A stretch of 64,000 nucleotides of DNA from Candidatus Omnitrophota bacterium (GTDB lineage: Bacteria > Omnitrophota > Gorgyraeia > B26-G9), in assembly GCA_016213925.1 (NCBI GenBank), contig JACQZH010000007.1:30951-94950 (forward strand), given 5' to 3'. Position numbers and translations under genes: made by a program. The notes beneath the pieces are model-generated. The model was not told the origin of the DNA. It was given only the letters and a program-made list of their open reading frames with translations, and did not search any database. This document shows positions 10,177-20,038 of the stretch, piece after piece (the first letter of the stretch is position 1; the number at the start of each line of letters is the position of its first letter).

Positions 10177-10266
10177 GGAGAGTTGGCAGAGCGGCCGAAT
10201 GCGGCGGTCTCGAAAACCGTTATCCGGGTAACTGGATCAGGGGTTCGAATCCTCTACTCTCCGCCA
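10177..10266 (+). tRNA. tRNA-Ser (anticodon CGA)
   Basis: Acceptor GGAGAGT/ACTCTCC, anticodon arm GCGGT-CTCGAAA-ACCGT, long variable arm, GGTTCGAATCC T-loop, discriminator G, encoded CCA. Confidence 0.97.
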
Positions 10267-10645
10267 TTTTTACCGACAAGGTAAAAATGAAGGATGCCGA
10301 GAAGGCCGAAGCGAGCCGGCAAGGCGAGCCGGCCGCAGCGGCGACGCCATAAATTTTTTGGCAAAAATGGCGTTTCAATATGCTTAACGCATATTGAAAG
10401 TATCCTTTTGCGGGGAAAACAGCTAAAAGTAAACTTTTTCCTGTTTCCCCGCAATTACGTCTACAGCGGCCGGGCAATCCGAGCTCGCAAGCAAGCTCTT
10501 CTTGTCCCTGCCTACATTACGATTACAAGCGTGCTCAAATAAGTTTCTTAGTGATTAGGTTTGAAGTGAAGTCAAAATTATCTTGAGATTGGAACAGTCT
10601 GGGAGTATTATTAATAATATAAAGACTTGTAAACAGTGAGGAAAC

Positions 10646-11506
10646 ATGAATAAAGAAATAACCGCGACTAAAATAGCAATTTTCAGAAAACGCGAAATCC
10701 GCAGGACTATTCATAAGGATGAATGGTGGTTTTCAGTGATTGATATAGTAGAAGCGCTTACGGGCACTAATAGGGGTAGAAAATATTGGAGCGATCTTAA
10801 GAAAAAGCTTATTGAAGAAGGGTATAGTGAAGTGTCCGAAAAAATCGGACAGTTGAAAATGATAGCTCCAGCTGGGAAATTAAGGCTTACGGATTGCGCT
10901 AATACAGAAACAATGTTTCGCATAGTACAGTCTATCCCATCTCCGAAAGCCGAACCTTTTAAGCGGTGGTTGGCTCGGGTCGGTTACGAGCGAATTCAGG
11001 AAATTGAGCACCCAGAGCTTGCCACAAAAAGGACAAGGGCGTTATATAAGGCTAAAGGGTATAGCGATGAATGGATCGAGAAACGAATGCGTGGAATTGC
11101 TATCCGTGAGGAGTTAACTGAGCAGTGGCAGAAGCGCGGCATTAAAGAGAAAAAGGGATACGAAATATTGACCGCTGACATATCGAAAGCGACATTTGGC
11201 ATGACCCCATTGGCTTACAAGAAACACAAGGGGCTTAAGCGTGAAAATCTGCGGGATCACATGACTGATCTTGAACTTATCTTTTCAATGCTTGGTGAGG
11301 CATCAACGAAAGAGATCGCCATTAATAAAGATGCTCAAGGGTTTGGGGAGAACAAACAGGCGGCGTTTGAAGGCGGCGCTGTGGCTGGCAACGCAAGAAA
11401 AGAGCTTGAGCGCAAAAGCGGCAAAAGAGTTATTAGCAAAGAAAATTATAAAAGATTACCGCAGAATAAGAAGCTGTTAAGAGTGGATAGTAGTTTCGAC
11501 AAGTAG
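10646..11506 (+). CDS. Bro-N domain (phage antirepressor-like) protein
   Basis: EIRR…WWFSVIDIV, YWSDLKKKL, RIVQSIPSPKAEPFKRWLA, NLRDHMTDLELIF. Confidence 0.85.
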   Translation: MNKEITATKIAIFRKREIRRTIHKDEWWFSVIDIVEALTGTNRGRKYWSDLKKKLIEEGYSEVSEKIGQLKMIAPAGKLRLTDCANTETMFRIVQSIPSPKAEPFKRWLARVGYERIQEIEHPELATKRTRALYKAKGYSDEWIEKRMRGIAIREELTEQWQKRGIKEKKGYEILTADISKATFGMTPLAYKKHKGLKRENLRDHMTDLELIFSMLGEASTKEIAINKDAQGFGENKQAAFEGGAVAGNARKELERKSGKRVISKENYKRLPQNKKLLRVDSSFDK

Positions 11507-11586
11507 TTGAATTTCTTGGAGAGGCATGGCTCGCCTTCTGTCCGCGGCTACCTGCCATTTTATGCAAAAGGTGGACTATTTAAAGT

Positions 11587-11865
11587 ATGTTTAATGAAAA
11601 AAGAAAAATTGTCTTAATTTCAAGCGTACTGATTCTTTTTTTAAGTGGATTTTTATATTTATACAAAAACTGCTTTGATGTTATCTGTTTCTATTTCGCA
11701 ATCTTTGCCGGTGTAGGAATATTTTTAGGGGCTATTGATTATCTGAAATTTAAATTTGTGAAATTTATTCAAATCGGAATCCTGGTGGTGTTCATAATAT
11801 GGTCGATTCTATTTTTTGTTATGTTAATACTAATGGCCTCCGGAAGAATAGGCCATCCAAGTTGA
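11587..11865 (+). CDS. Small membrane protein (about 3 TM)
   Basis: Three hydrophobic segments. Confidence 0.55.
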   Translation: MFNEKRKIVLISSVLILFLSGFLYLYKNCFDVICFYFAIFAGVGIFLGAIDYLKFKFVKFIQIGILVVFIIWSILFFVMLILMASGRIGHPS

Positions 11866-11886
11866 GAGCACAATGATGGATAATAT

Positions 11887-13167
11887 ATGAAATTTTTTAA
11901 AAAATATTTTGACAGTTATTGGATTCCTTTTGCCTTCTATATTATTGTTTTGCTGGCGGGAATGTTATGCGGCATGGTTTTTCGTTCGATGTACTTGGTA
12001 TTAGTAATGCAAGCGGTAAATATGTTCTTTTTTGCGGGAATGATCGCTGCTTCCATCTGGAACTTTAGAAAGAAACGCTGGAAAAAAGGGATTTCTAATT
12101 TAATCTTCCCTCTTTTAAACTTTGGCATGATTTTTATAGTTTTGTCTATGTTTGGGCATAGTGGAGATAAATTTGCCGATAACCTGGTAATCCCGGATAA
12201 TATAGATATAGCTGAGCCGGGAAATTGGAACAACTCACCTGAAAGCAAAGAGCAGGATGCATATCAAAAAGATATCTTGGATGCGCTTAACATTGCCGGA
12301 AGTGATGATGTATTGATTAGGGCTAATCTTCCTTCATTAATTAAACTAAACCAGAATGCTCCGGATATTTTTAAACGTTATCTTGCGGTTAGCCCTGCCT
12401 GGAGGCTATATCAGGAGCGCGGGAAATTATTCGCGACGCGAAGATGGATGATAGGTTCTCAATGGCGTTATACGTTACACGGTTATTATACGCGTTTTGA
12501 ATTATTCGATAAGGATATGCCTGATTTTCAAAATAGATTTTGTATTGGATTTTCAGGGAAACCCTGGCATGAAGCGTCAAGAACAACTTTTCTTAAAGAA
12601 GGACAATCAGCAAAATTGATATTATCAAAAGGCAATCAGATGAATGAAAGCCACTGTGTGATTAATGCCGATAGCTTATTTGTAGAAGTGTTTGAACAAT
12701 CTAAATTCAAAGAACGCCGTTTAACCAAGTCAGCTTTAGCTTATCTTGAAAAAGAATTGAACCCGTTGTTAGAACAGCCAACCTGGGGCAAAATCAAGGA
12801 GCTTATTCCCGCTAATAGCATTAAAAACTCAGAGCCGTCAATTAATCTTTGGGGCTCAGGAGGAATATATGATTCTGAGATCTGGGTTAATCCGGGAGAG
12901 CCGGGGATGATCTATCTTAAGGCATTTGAAGTTACTAAAAATACCCGTTTATCTGCTGAAGAGTTAAAGGAAAGTTCTAACGAATGGATCGGATGGTCTG
13001 AAGATTATAATGAAGTATTCTTTTCAAACACCAATTTTATGATTTATGAAGGAGACTGGAGTAAGCCTTACGCGGCGCGTTTTGAAGTATGGTTTGTTCC
13101 TGATTCCAAAGCCCCAGAAAGAAAGCTTATGGAAAGAGTATTCAAGATTGAAGGATGGCAAAGATAA
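11887..13167 (+). CDS. Hypothetical membrane-anchored protein
   Basis: 426-aa ORF, 3 N-terminal TM segments followed by a soluble domain. Confidence 0.7.
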   Translation: MKFFKKYFDSYWIPFAFYIIVLLAGMLCGMVFRSMYLVLVMQAVNMFFFAGMIAASIWNFRKKRWKKGISNLIFPLLNFGMIFIVLSMFGHSGDKFADNLVIPDNIDIAEPGNWNNSPESKEQDAYQKDILDALNIAGSDDVLIRANLPSLIKLNQNAPDIFKRYLAVSPAWRLYQERGKLFATRRWMIGSQWRYTLHGYYTRFELFDKDMPDFQNRFCIGFSGKPWHEASRTTFLKEGQSAKLILSKGNQMNESHCVINADSLFVEVFEQSKFKERRLTKSALAYLEKELNPLLEQPTWGKIKELIPANSIKNSEPSINLWGSGGIYDSEIWVNPGEPGMIYLKAFEVTKNTRLSAEELKESSNEWIGWSEDYNEVFFSNTNFMIYEGDWSKPYAARFEVWFVPDSKAPERKLMERVFKIEGWQR

Positions 13168-13337
13168 GTTTGTTTTAATTGGGATTATAAAACGCGGTAT
13201 AGTTAATGATTACGGCGGCTAACAGGCAGCCGCAGGCTGTGCCGGGCTAAAAATATCTTGACAAAATTTGTAGATATTGCAGAATAATAGTAAGCATGGA
13301 AGTTGCTGTAATTTGTTGAGATTTGGCATAAGTTAAG

Positions 13338-13434
13338 ATAAACCCGAAATTCGCAATAGAAATTATCTATCGACTAAATCCGGCCGCACGAAAAAGTGTG
13401 GGCAGATTTAGTTATTGCAAAATCCAGGATAATT
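13338..13434. repeat. TIR-bounded miniature element, copy 1 (about 97 bp)
   Basis: Ends ATAAACCCGAAATTCGCAATAG / TTATTGCAAAATCCAGGATAATT; internal GCACGAAAAAGTG shared with the 49.7-kb copy. Confidence 0.6.
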
Positions 13435-13605
13435 ATGATGATATCAGGGGATGATTTAATCATTCTCTTTTTTTTATACCCCGCGGCCTAAACACAAAAT
13501 ATTTATTGCCTTGAGTCCAAATTATGCTATATAATGCAAAGCGTGCAAAGGAAAGCAGATTTGTCCTAAAACTACTATTCAGACATAGAGACGGAGGCGG
13601 TTTCA

Positions 13606-13794
13606 ATGAATATCATAAAGCAATTAGAACTATACCGACTCGAAAACAGGATTACGCAGGTTGATTTGGCAAATGAATTAAAAGTTGCCTTTTCAACAGT
13701 CAGCCGCTGGCTCAACGGTAAAACCACGCCGAATAAGATTCAACAGTATCATATAGAAAAGTTTTTAACTCGGCATAAAAAGGATAGCAAATGA
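13606..13794 (+). CDS. XRE-family HTH regulator
   Basis: ITQVDLANELKVAFSTVSRWLNGKTTP; GGAGG RBS. Confidence 0.88.
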   Translation: MNIIKQLELYRLENRITQVDLANELKVAFSTVSRWLNGKTTPNKIQQYHIEKFLTRHKKDSK

Positions 13795-15169
13795 AATTTA
13801 CAGAAAGCGAAATCGTAGAACTCAAAACATCGACATCAGAACTCAAAGAGGCGATCATTTCTTTGGGAGCCATGTTGAACAAGCATGGCAAGGGCACAGT
13901 TTATTTCGGCATCGGTGATGATGGTGCCGTTTTGGGACAACAGATCGGCAAATCAACCTTAAAAGATGTTTCAAAAGCCATCAGTGATTGGATTGAGCCT
14001 AAGATTTATCCGGATATTCAGGCCAAGAAAATACAAGGCAAGGACTGCATTGTTGTTAAAGCCAGCGGACATGATGTCGTGTATTCGGCCCGCGGCAGTA
14101 CTATCTACGTATGGGAGAGGAAGACAAGAAGCTTTCGGTAGATGAATTGAGGCATTTGGTTGAAAAGAAAAATAACTATGCCTATTCCTGGGGTGCCGAG
14201 CTTTCTGATTTTTCGCTGTCCAAGGTTAGTGCCGCGACCGTTAAGAAGTTCGTTGAGAAAGGACGCAAAGCCGGGAGGATTGAATATTCTTATGATTCGG
14301 CGCGCAATGTCCTTAATAAAATTCACCTGTTTAAAGGCAAAAAATTGCTTAACGCGGGACGGGCGCTCTTTTGTGAAGACAGCGGTGTTGAAGTTCAAGC
14401 GGCTGTCTTTGCCGGAAAAGATAAAATGACGTTCGTCGATATTCAGAGTTTTCGCGGCCCTTTTTTTGATTTGATCGAACGGTGCGAAGTTTACGCCAAA
14501 GAGCACATTAACTGGTGCGCCGATCTTTCCGGGAGCACAAGGATCGAGATTCCGGAGGTTCCTGTCCGTGCTATGAAGGAAGCCATTACAAATTCCCTCT
14601 GCCACAGGGATTTTAACAACCCCAAAAGTAATGAAGTCGCCATCTATCGAGACAGGATCGAAATTTACAACCCCGGGCAGTTTCTTTTTGACCATGATCC
14701 GGATGAGTTCATCGCAGGCCATGGGAAAAGCTATCCTAGAAATCCACTGATTGCGGAAGCTTTTTATCTGGCTAAGGATATTGAGCGGTGAGGCTCAGGG
14801 TTGCGGCGTATCAAGGAAGAATGCGATGCCGCGGGCGTGAAAGTTGCGTTTGAGAAAGTATCTGCCGGGTTTCAGGTAACGTTTTATCGGTTGGAGGGGA
14901 AAATCGTTCCTAAAGAAGCAGAGAAAAGTAGGGAGAAAAGTAGGGAGAAAAGTAGGGAGAAAAGTAGGGAGAAAAGTAGGGAGAAAAGTAGGGAGAAAAT
15001 TCTTAAGCTTGTGATCAGTAATCCGTCGATTACCGCGCAGGAGCTTGCAGACAGCGTAGGCTTGAGCGTTAAGGGGATAGAGAAGGCGATAAGAGTACTT
15101 AAAGAACAGGGTTTATTAAAACGTGTCGGGCCCGATAAGGGCGGGCATTGGGAAGTGGCAAAAGGTTAA
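13791..15169 (+). pseudogene. Disrupted AlbA_2(Schlafen)-HATPase_c_4-wHTH protein
   Basis: ESEIVELKTS…GTVYFGIGDDG, EAITNSLCHRDF, RNPLIA, GPDKGGHWEV; 1-nt frameshift near 14097 and in-frame TGA at 14789-14791 in IER*GSG (expected W). Confidence 0.8.
14921..14999 (+). repeat. 12-bp tandem repeat (GAGAAAAGTAGG)x6 plus a partial unit, encoding (EKSR)6
   Basis: Six perfect units counted in the sequence. Confidence 0.95.
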
Positions 15170-15405
15170 TCATGGGAACGACAACATTTTTTCTTAGACT
15201 TAATGATTGCGCAAAGCCGTTGCACAAAATGAGCAAGAAAGAATTGGCAGAATTAAATAATGTCACCCCTTACGCTGATAAAGCTTATAAAGGGGGCTGG
15301 CTGGTTTCACCGGAATTTACACCGATCGAGTCTCTTCTGCTAAGAGCTGAACTGTTACAACGCAAGAGAGTTTCTCATCTTGAAATATCTTCCAAGCTGT
15401 TGTAA
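15148..15405 (+). CDS. Hypothetical protein (likely start ATG near 15172)
   Basis: Short ORF only. Confidence 0.35.
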   Translation: MGSGKRLIMGTTTFFLRLNDCAKPLHKMSKKELAELNNVTPYADKAYKGGWLVSPEFTPIESLLLRAELLQRKRVSHLEISSKLL

Positions 15406-15580
15406 AAGCAGTTTTGAGAAAAAAGATATAATACTTTACAATTAAAACAGTTGTAAATGCGAGCGCATTCCCAAGTTGACAACTACACGTTATTATGTTG
15501 ACAATAGACACGGATTATGTTTACATTATGTTAAGAATAAGTTGACAAAAACAAAAAAGGATATTTAAGAGAGTATTGTT

Positions 15581-16648
15581 ATGGGGCTGACAAAAGAGAC
15601 TGGACAAAAACTAAAAGAGTATATATTAAATAATGTGGATAAGTATCCTAGTCAAATTGTTGCGAAAGCTGCTAAGGAATTTGGAATATCAAGACAAGCG
15701 GTTCATCGGCATATTCGGCAGTTGAAAAATAACAGCGCGCTTGTGTCTGCGGGCAAAGGAAAAAGCGTGCAATATTCCTTGAAAATAATACAGCATACTT
15801 TCCAACTGAAGGTATTTCCTGGGATGAGTGAAGATCAGGTTTGGAAGGAAAAAATATTTCCCAGCCTGCCAAAATTAAATAAAAATATTTTAGATATTTG
15901 TCAATATGGTTTTACGGAAATATTTAATAATGTAATAGACCATTCAGAATCAGAAGAGGCTATAGTTGTTGTGACGGAAGACATAACGTCAATTCTTTTG
16001 TATGTTTCGGATAGCGGAGTGGGGATATTTAATAAAATTCAACAAGCGTTAAAATTAGAAGATCCGCAGCATGCTATTTTAGAATTGGCAAAAGGGAAAT
16101 TTACTACGGATCCGGAGCAACATAGCGGGGAGGGAATATTTTTCACCTCCAGAATTTTTGATAAGTTTGAAATTCTTTCGCAAAATTTATATTTTTATGG
16201 ATATAAGGATGAAGATTGGATTCTTGAATCAGAAAACGGTTTAAGTAAAGGCACCGCGGTATTTATGAAAATTCGCAGGGATTCAAAAACAACAATTAAG
16301 GAAATATTTGATAAATATACTTCAGGGGAAAGCGATTTTGGTTTTTCAAAAACAATTATACCGGTGAGCTTAATGCGGCATGAAGGGCAAGAGCTTGTTT
16401 CTCGTTCGCAGGCAAAACGTTTAATTACAAGATTCGATAGATTTAAAGAAGTAGTGCTGGATTTTCAGGGTGTGACAATGATTGGACAGGCTTTTGCGGA
16501 TGAACTATTCCGGGTTTTTGGAAAACAGCATCCGGAAGTCAGCATTGTCCCGATAAACACAACGGAAGATATTAAAAATATTATCCTGCATGTTAGAGCT
16601 GAATCCGGCGCAACTGATCTGCAAAAAGAGAATAGCGGCGAAAACTAA
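15581..16648 (+). CDS. HTH + HATPase_c + DUF4325 (STAS-like) protein
   Basis: FGISRQAVHRHI HTH; TEIFNNVIDHS, DSGVGI, GEGIFF ATPase boxes; VSRSQAKR…LDFQGV..IGQAFADELFRVF. Confidence 0.85.
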   Translation: MGLTKETGQKLKEYILNNVDKYPSQIVAKAAKEFGISRQAVHRHIRQLKNNSALVSAGKGKSVQYSLKIIQHTFQLKVFPGMSEDQVWKEKIFPSLPKLNKNILDICQYGFTEIFNNVIDHSESEEAIVVVTEDITSILLYVSDSGVGIFNKIQQALKLEDPQHAILELAKGKFTTDPEQHSGEGIFFTSRIFDKFEILSQNLYFYGYKDEDWILESENGLSKGTAVFMKIRRDSKTTIKEIFDKYTSGESDFGFSKTIIPVSLMRHEGQELVSRSQAKRLITRFDRFKEVVLDFQGVTMIGQAFADELFRVFGKQHPEVSIVPINTTEDIKNIILHVRAESGATDLQKENSGEN

Positions 16649-16708
16649 CTTTTCTTTGCCGGCATATAAGATGAACTTTAAATTTAAAATATCGGAACAG
16701 GTTTTTAA

Positions 16709-17014
16709 TTGGAGCGTATTCATAAATTTTCAAGAAGGAGAAGGAGGATAGTCGTGAAACCGTTAAAAAAAAAGAAAGAAAAAGCAAAAAGAAAAATCAC
16801 TTCGGAGCAAGCTTTCGCTTCTTTGATTGGGCTGCTTCTGACGCTGATTATAATTGCGGTACTTTTATACTCGCTGGCGAATAATAATAAAAACACGGGC
16901 TCTCAACAGGCAGAAGACGCGCCTGCTAATCCAAAAGCAACGCTGGACAAGGCAAAAGAGGCAGTGGGAAACATCAATAAACAGCAGCAAAAGCGTATGC
17001 AAGAGTTGGAATAA
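16709..17014 (+). CDS. Small single-pass membrane protein (likely start GTG near 16753)
   Basis: Basic N-terminus, one TM, AGGAGG RBS upstream of the GTG. Confidence 0.6.
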   Translation: MERIHKFSRRRRRIVVKPLKKKKEKAKRKITSEQAFASLIGLLLTLIIIAVLLYSLANNNKNTGSQQAEDAPANPKATLDKAKEAVGNINKQQQKRMQELE

Positions 17015-17157
17015 GGCAATAAATTTATTGACCAGGGGGCAGAAAAGGAGTAAGCTATCATTGTGCTTCAGGGATGAATAACGCGATGAGGCAAAAAGCA
17101 GATGCTTTAACATGGTATTAAAACAACCGGATTTTTGCGGTTGTTTTTTCTTTTTTC

Positions 17158-19533
17158 GTGGGGAGTTCAATGTCAAAACAAAAAAATAAAGACCAAAGTT
17201 TTTTACTGTGTGAAAAGATAAAGAAACTGACAACACTGCTTACGCAGGAAAAACAAACGGAACAGGCATTAAGAAGCGGGATTAAGGCCTATATTCAAAG
17301 AGAGAAAGTTTTTCGGCAGTTGTTTGATAATATTAAAACAGCTGTTGCTGTTTATAAGGTTGTTGATAACGGCAAGGATTTTGTTTTTGCGGATTTTAAT
17401 CATGCGGCGGAAAAAATTGATAAAATAAAAAAAGAACAGCTTATCGGGAAAAAAGTCAGCAGGGTTTTTCCCGGGGTAAAGGAATTCGGGTTGTTCGATG
17501 TGTTTAAAAGAGTATGGAAAACCGGTAAGCCAGAGCATCACCCTGTGGGTATTTATAAAGATAAAAGAATCCAGGGGTGGAGGGAAAACTATGTGTATAA
17601 AATCCCTTCCGGAGAAATAATCGCTGTATACGAAGACGCTACCGCGCGCAAACAAGCGGAACAGCAGATGAAAGAGCTAGCAAGATTCCCTAAAGAAAAT
17701 CCGAACTTGGTTTTAAGGGTAACCTTTCAAGGCGAGGTTATTTTTAAGAATAAAGCAGTAGACAGTGTTTTAAAGAGTTTAAGGGTCAATCAAAAAGATA
17801 TTAAAGAAATTCTTCCTAAGAATCTAGCCGCGATAATACGCAAAGCGCGAAAAAATAAAAGGCAATCAGTGAATTCAGAGGTTTCGATAAAAGGCAAAAC
17901 ATATTTTTACGCGATATCTGTGGGAGCGCAAGATGCCAATATCTACGGGTTTGATATTACAGAGCGCAAAAAGACAGAAAAAGAATTATATCACAACTCA
18001 AAACAATTACAGGTCCTCAATGAAAATCTGGCAGAGGGCATGGTGTACCAGATCAACAGCGGCAAAGACGGTTTATCGAGAAAATTTTCCTATTTGAGCC
18101 CGGCAGTGAAAAAGCTTCACGGGTTAGAGCCTAGAGAAGTTATTGCAAATCCGCGTATATTATATGAGCAGGTAATAGAACCAGACCGTTCGTTTCTAGC
18201 AAAAAAAGAAAAGCATGCGTTTGAAACGATGAGTAAGCTTGAAGCTGAAGTTAGGATGCGGCTGCCTTCCGGAGATATCCGCTGGCGTCAATTTGTATCA
18301 ACGCCCAGGATTATGGAGGGTGTTGTTTTATGGGATGGGATTGAACTGGACATCACAGAGCGCAAGCAGGCGGAATTAAAATATAAAACTATTTTAGATA
18401 CCGCGATTGATTGTTTTTATATTATTAACGCGCGGCAAGGCAACATCTTGGAGGTTAATGATGCCTACTGTTCTTTGATTGGATATAGCCGTGACGAATT
18501 GCTTAAGATGAGCTTAAAAGATATTGAATATAAAGAAAACCCTAAGAAAATAGCGCGGCATATGCGGTACATAATCAAGAAAGGCGCGGATCATTTTGAA
18601 ACTCGTCACAGGGCCAAAGAAGGAAGGATTATTGATCTTGAAACGAGTGTTAATTATATGAAAGAAAACAAAAAGTTTTTTGTGTTTATGCATGATATTA
18701 CCGAGCGCAAGAAATATGAGAATGACCTTAAAAAAGCTAAGGAAGAGATAGAAAAATGGAATAAAGAGCTGGAAAAAAGAGTGCGAGAAAAAGCGTGTGC
18801 TTTAAAAGAGGCGCAGGAACAGCTTTTTCAGGCGGATAAACTTAGCAGTATCGGGCAGTTGGGCGCGGGTATCGCGCATGAGTTAAACAGCCCGCTTGCC
18901 GGTTTGCTAAGCTTAATCAGGGCTTATAAAAAGAAAAAAAATCCGGATACGGATGAATACGCGGAATTAGCGGAAATGGAATCAGCCTGCGAATACATGG
19001 CAAGAATAGTTAGAGACTTAAATTTATTTTCCCGGCAAACTGTTGGAGAAACGGAAAAAGCGAACTTAAACGAGCTTATTGAGGCTACAATGTCTTTTAG
19101 CATGCATCAGCTTAAAGCTAAAAATATCATAATAATAAAAAACTATAGCCAAGAACTGGCTGTTTTCTTGGCGGACAAGCGCCGTGTTCAGCAGGTAATT
19201 ATTAACCTGTTGGCAAATGCCTGCGATGCTTTATCCGAGCGCGGTATTTTAACAATTACTACCGGAAATATTAATTTAAATGGGCAAGTGTTTGTTGAAT
19301 TGGAGGTTGCGGATAATGGCTGCGGCATAAAAAAAACGGATATAAAGAAAATTTTTGAGCCTTTTTTTACTACAAAACGCCCGGGGAAAGGCGTGGGGCT
19401 TGGATTAGCTGTTGTTTACAGCATTGTTGAGAAGCACAAGGGCAGGATTTTTGTCAAAAGCAAGGAAGGCGCGGGAACAACATTTACGGTGCAGCTTCCG
19501 GCGCTAGTAGAAACAAGGACTGCTGAAAAATAA
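17158..19533 (+). CDS. Cytoplasmic multi-PAS sensor histidine kinase
   Basis: Repeated DITERK PAS ends; GIAHELNSPL H-box; NLLANACDA, DNGCGI, FFTTK, GLGL. Confidence 0.93.
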   Translation: MGSSMSKQKNKDQSFLLCEKIKKLTTLLTQEKQTEQALRSGIKAYIQREKVFRQLFDNIKTAVAVYKVVDNGKDFVFADFNHAAEKIDKIKKEQLIGKKVSRVFPGVKEFGLFDVFKRVWKTGKPEHHPVGIYKDKRIQGWRENYVYKIPSGEIIAVYEDATARKQAEQQMKELARFPKENPNLVLRVTFQGEVIFKNKAVDSVLKSLRVNQKDIKEILPKNLAAIIRKARKNKRQSVNSEVSIKGKTYFYAISVGAQDANIYGFDITERKKTEKELYHNSKQLQVLNENLAEGMVYQINSGKDGLSRKFSYLSPAVKKLHGLEPREVIANPRILYEQVIEPDRSFLAKKEKHAFETMSKLEAEVRMRLPSGDIRWRQFVSTPRIMEGVVLWDGIELDITERKQAELKYKTILDTAIDCFYIINARQGNILEVNDAYCSLIGYSRDELLKMSLKDIEYKENPKKIARHMRYIIKKGADHFETRHRAKEGRIIDLETSVNYMKENKKFFVFMHDITERKKYENDLKKAKEEIEKWNKELEKRVREKACALKEAQEQLFQADKLSSIGQLGAGIAHELNSPLAGLLSLIRAYKKKKNPDTDEYAELAEMESACEYMARIVRDLNLFSRQTVGETEKANLNELIEATMSFSMHQLKAKNIIIIKNYSQELAVFLADKRRVQQVIINLLANACDALSERGILTITTGNINLNGQVFVELEVADNGCGIKKTDIKKIFEPFFTTKRPGKGVGLGLAVVYSIVEKHKGRIFVKSKEGAGTTFTVQLPALVETRTAEK

Positions 19534-19549
19534 GCTGGGGCGGAAAAAG

Positions 19550-19918
19550 ATGAATAAAATACTTGTTGTAGATGATGAAAAATTGATTTGCATAAGTATA
19601 AAAAGAGAACTGGAGGATCTAGGGTATAAAGTGCAGATTGCTCTGAACGGAGCAGATGCTATTGATTGCGTGGAAAATAACGAGATTGAGATGGCATTTG
19701 TTGATTTGATTCTGCCGGATATAAACGGGATGAATGTGTGTAAAAGGATAAAACAATTAAACAGCAATATAAAAGTTGTGCTTATGTCCGGTTATACGGA
19801 TAAACTTATGGATTTAAAAAAAGAATTCAGCCTTTTGAAAGGAGCAAAGGATATGCTGGAAAAGCCGTTTGGCGGTGACGATATTTTAAAGCAGGTAACC
19901 AGTTTTTTTGTTAGTTGA
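19550..19918 (+). CDS. Single-domain response regulator
   Basis: VVDDE, VDLILPDING, MSGY, EKPF. Confidence 0.9.
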   Translation: MNKILVVDDEKLICISIKRELEDLGYKVQIALNGADAIDCVENNEIEMAFVDLILPDINGMNVCKRIKQLNSNIKVVLMSGYTDKLMDLKKEFSLLKGAKDMLEKPFGGDDILKQVTSFFVS

Positions 19919-20038
19919 AAACGCAAGAAATTAAAAAAGCAAAAGCCTGATAATCGCTTGACAGTAAAGCGGTTAGCAGGTAAAATAATATTCAATATTT
20001 AAACAAGGAATTCGCTAACGGATAGATGGAGAGGTTAT

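Noticed and set aside
9710-10542. ORFs 9710-10063, 10220-10477, 10254-10454 and 10294-10542
   Set aside because: They overlap the tRNA or palindromic repeats and show no protein-like motifs
14105-14722. 205-aa antisense ORF and other long shadow ORFs opposite known genes
   Set aside because: They lie antisense to well-supported CDSs and have no recognisable motifs
14789-14791. In-frame TGA as evidence for UGA recoding (Trp, Gly or Sec)
   Set aside because: fusA, glgP and mutL end at TGA at their expected lengths, Trp is encoded by TGG elsewhere, and the same gene also has a frameshift
14921-14999. CRISPR array
   Set aside because: Spacer-less 12-bp coding tandem repeat; no repeat-spacer array or cas gene seen anywhere in the window
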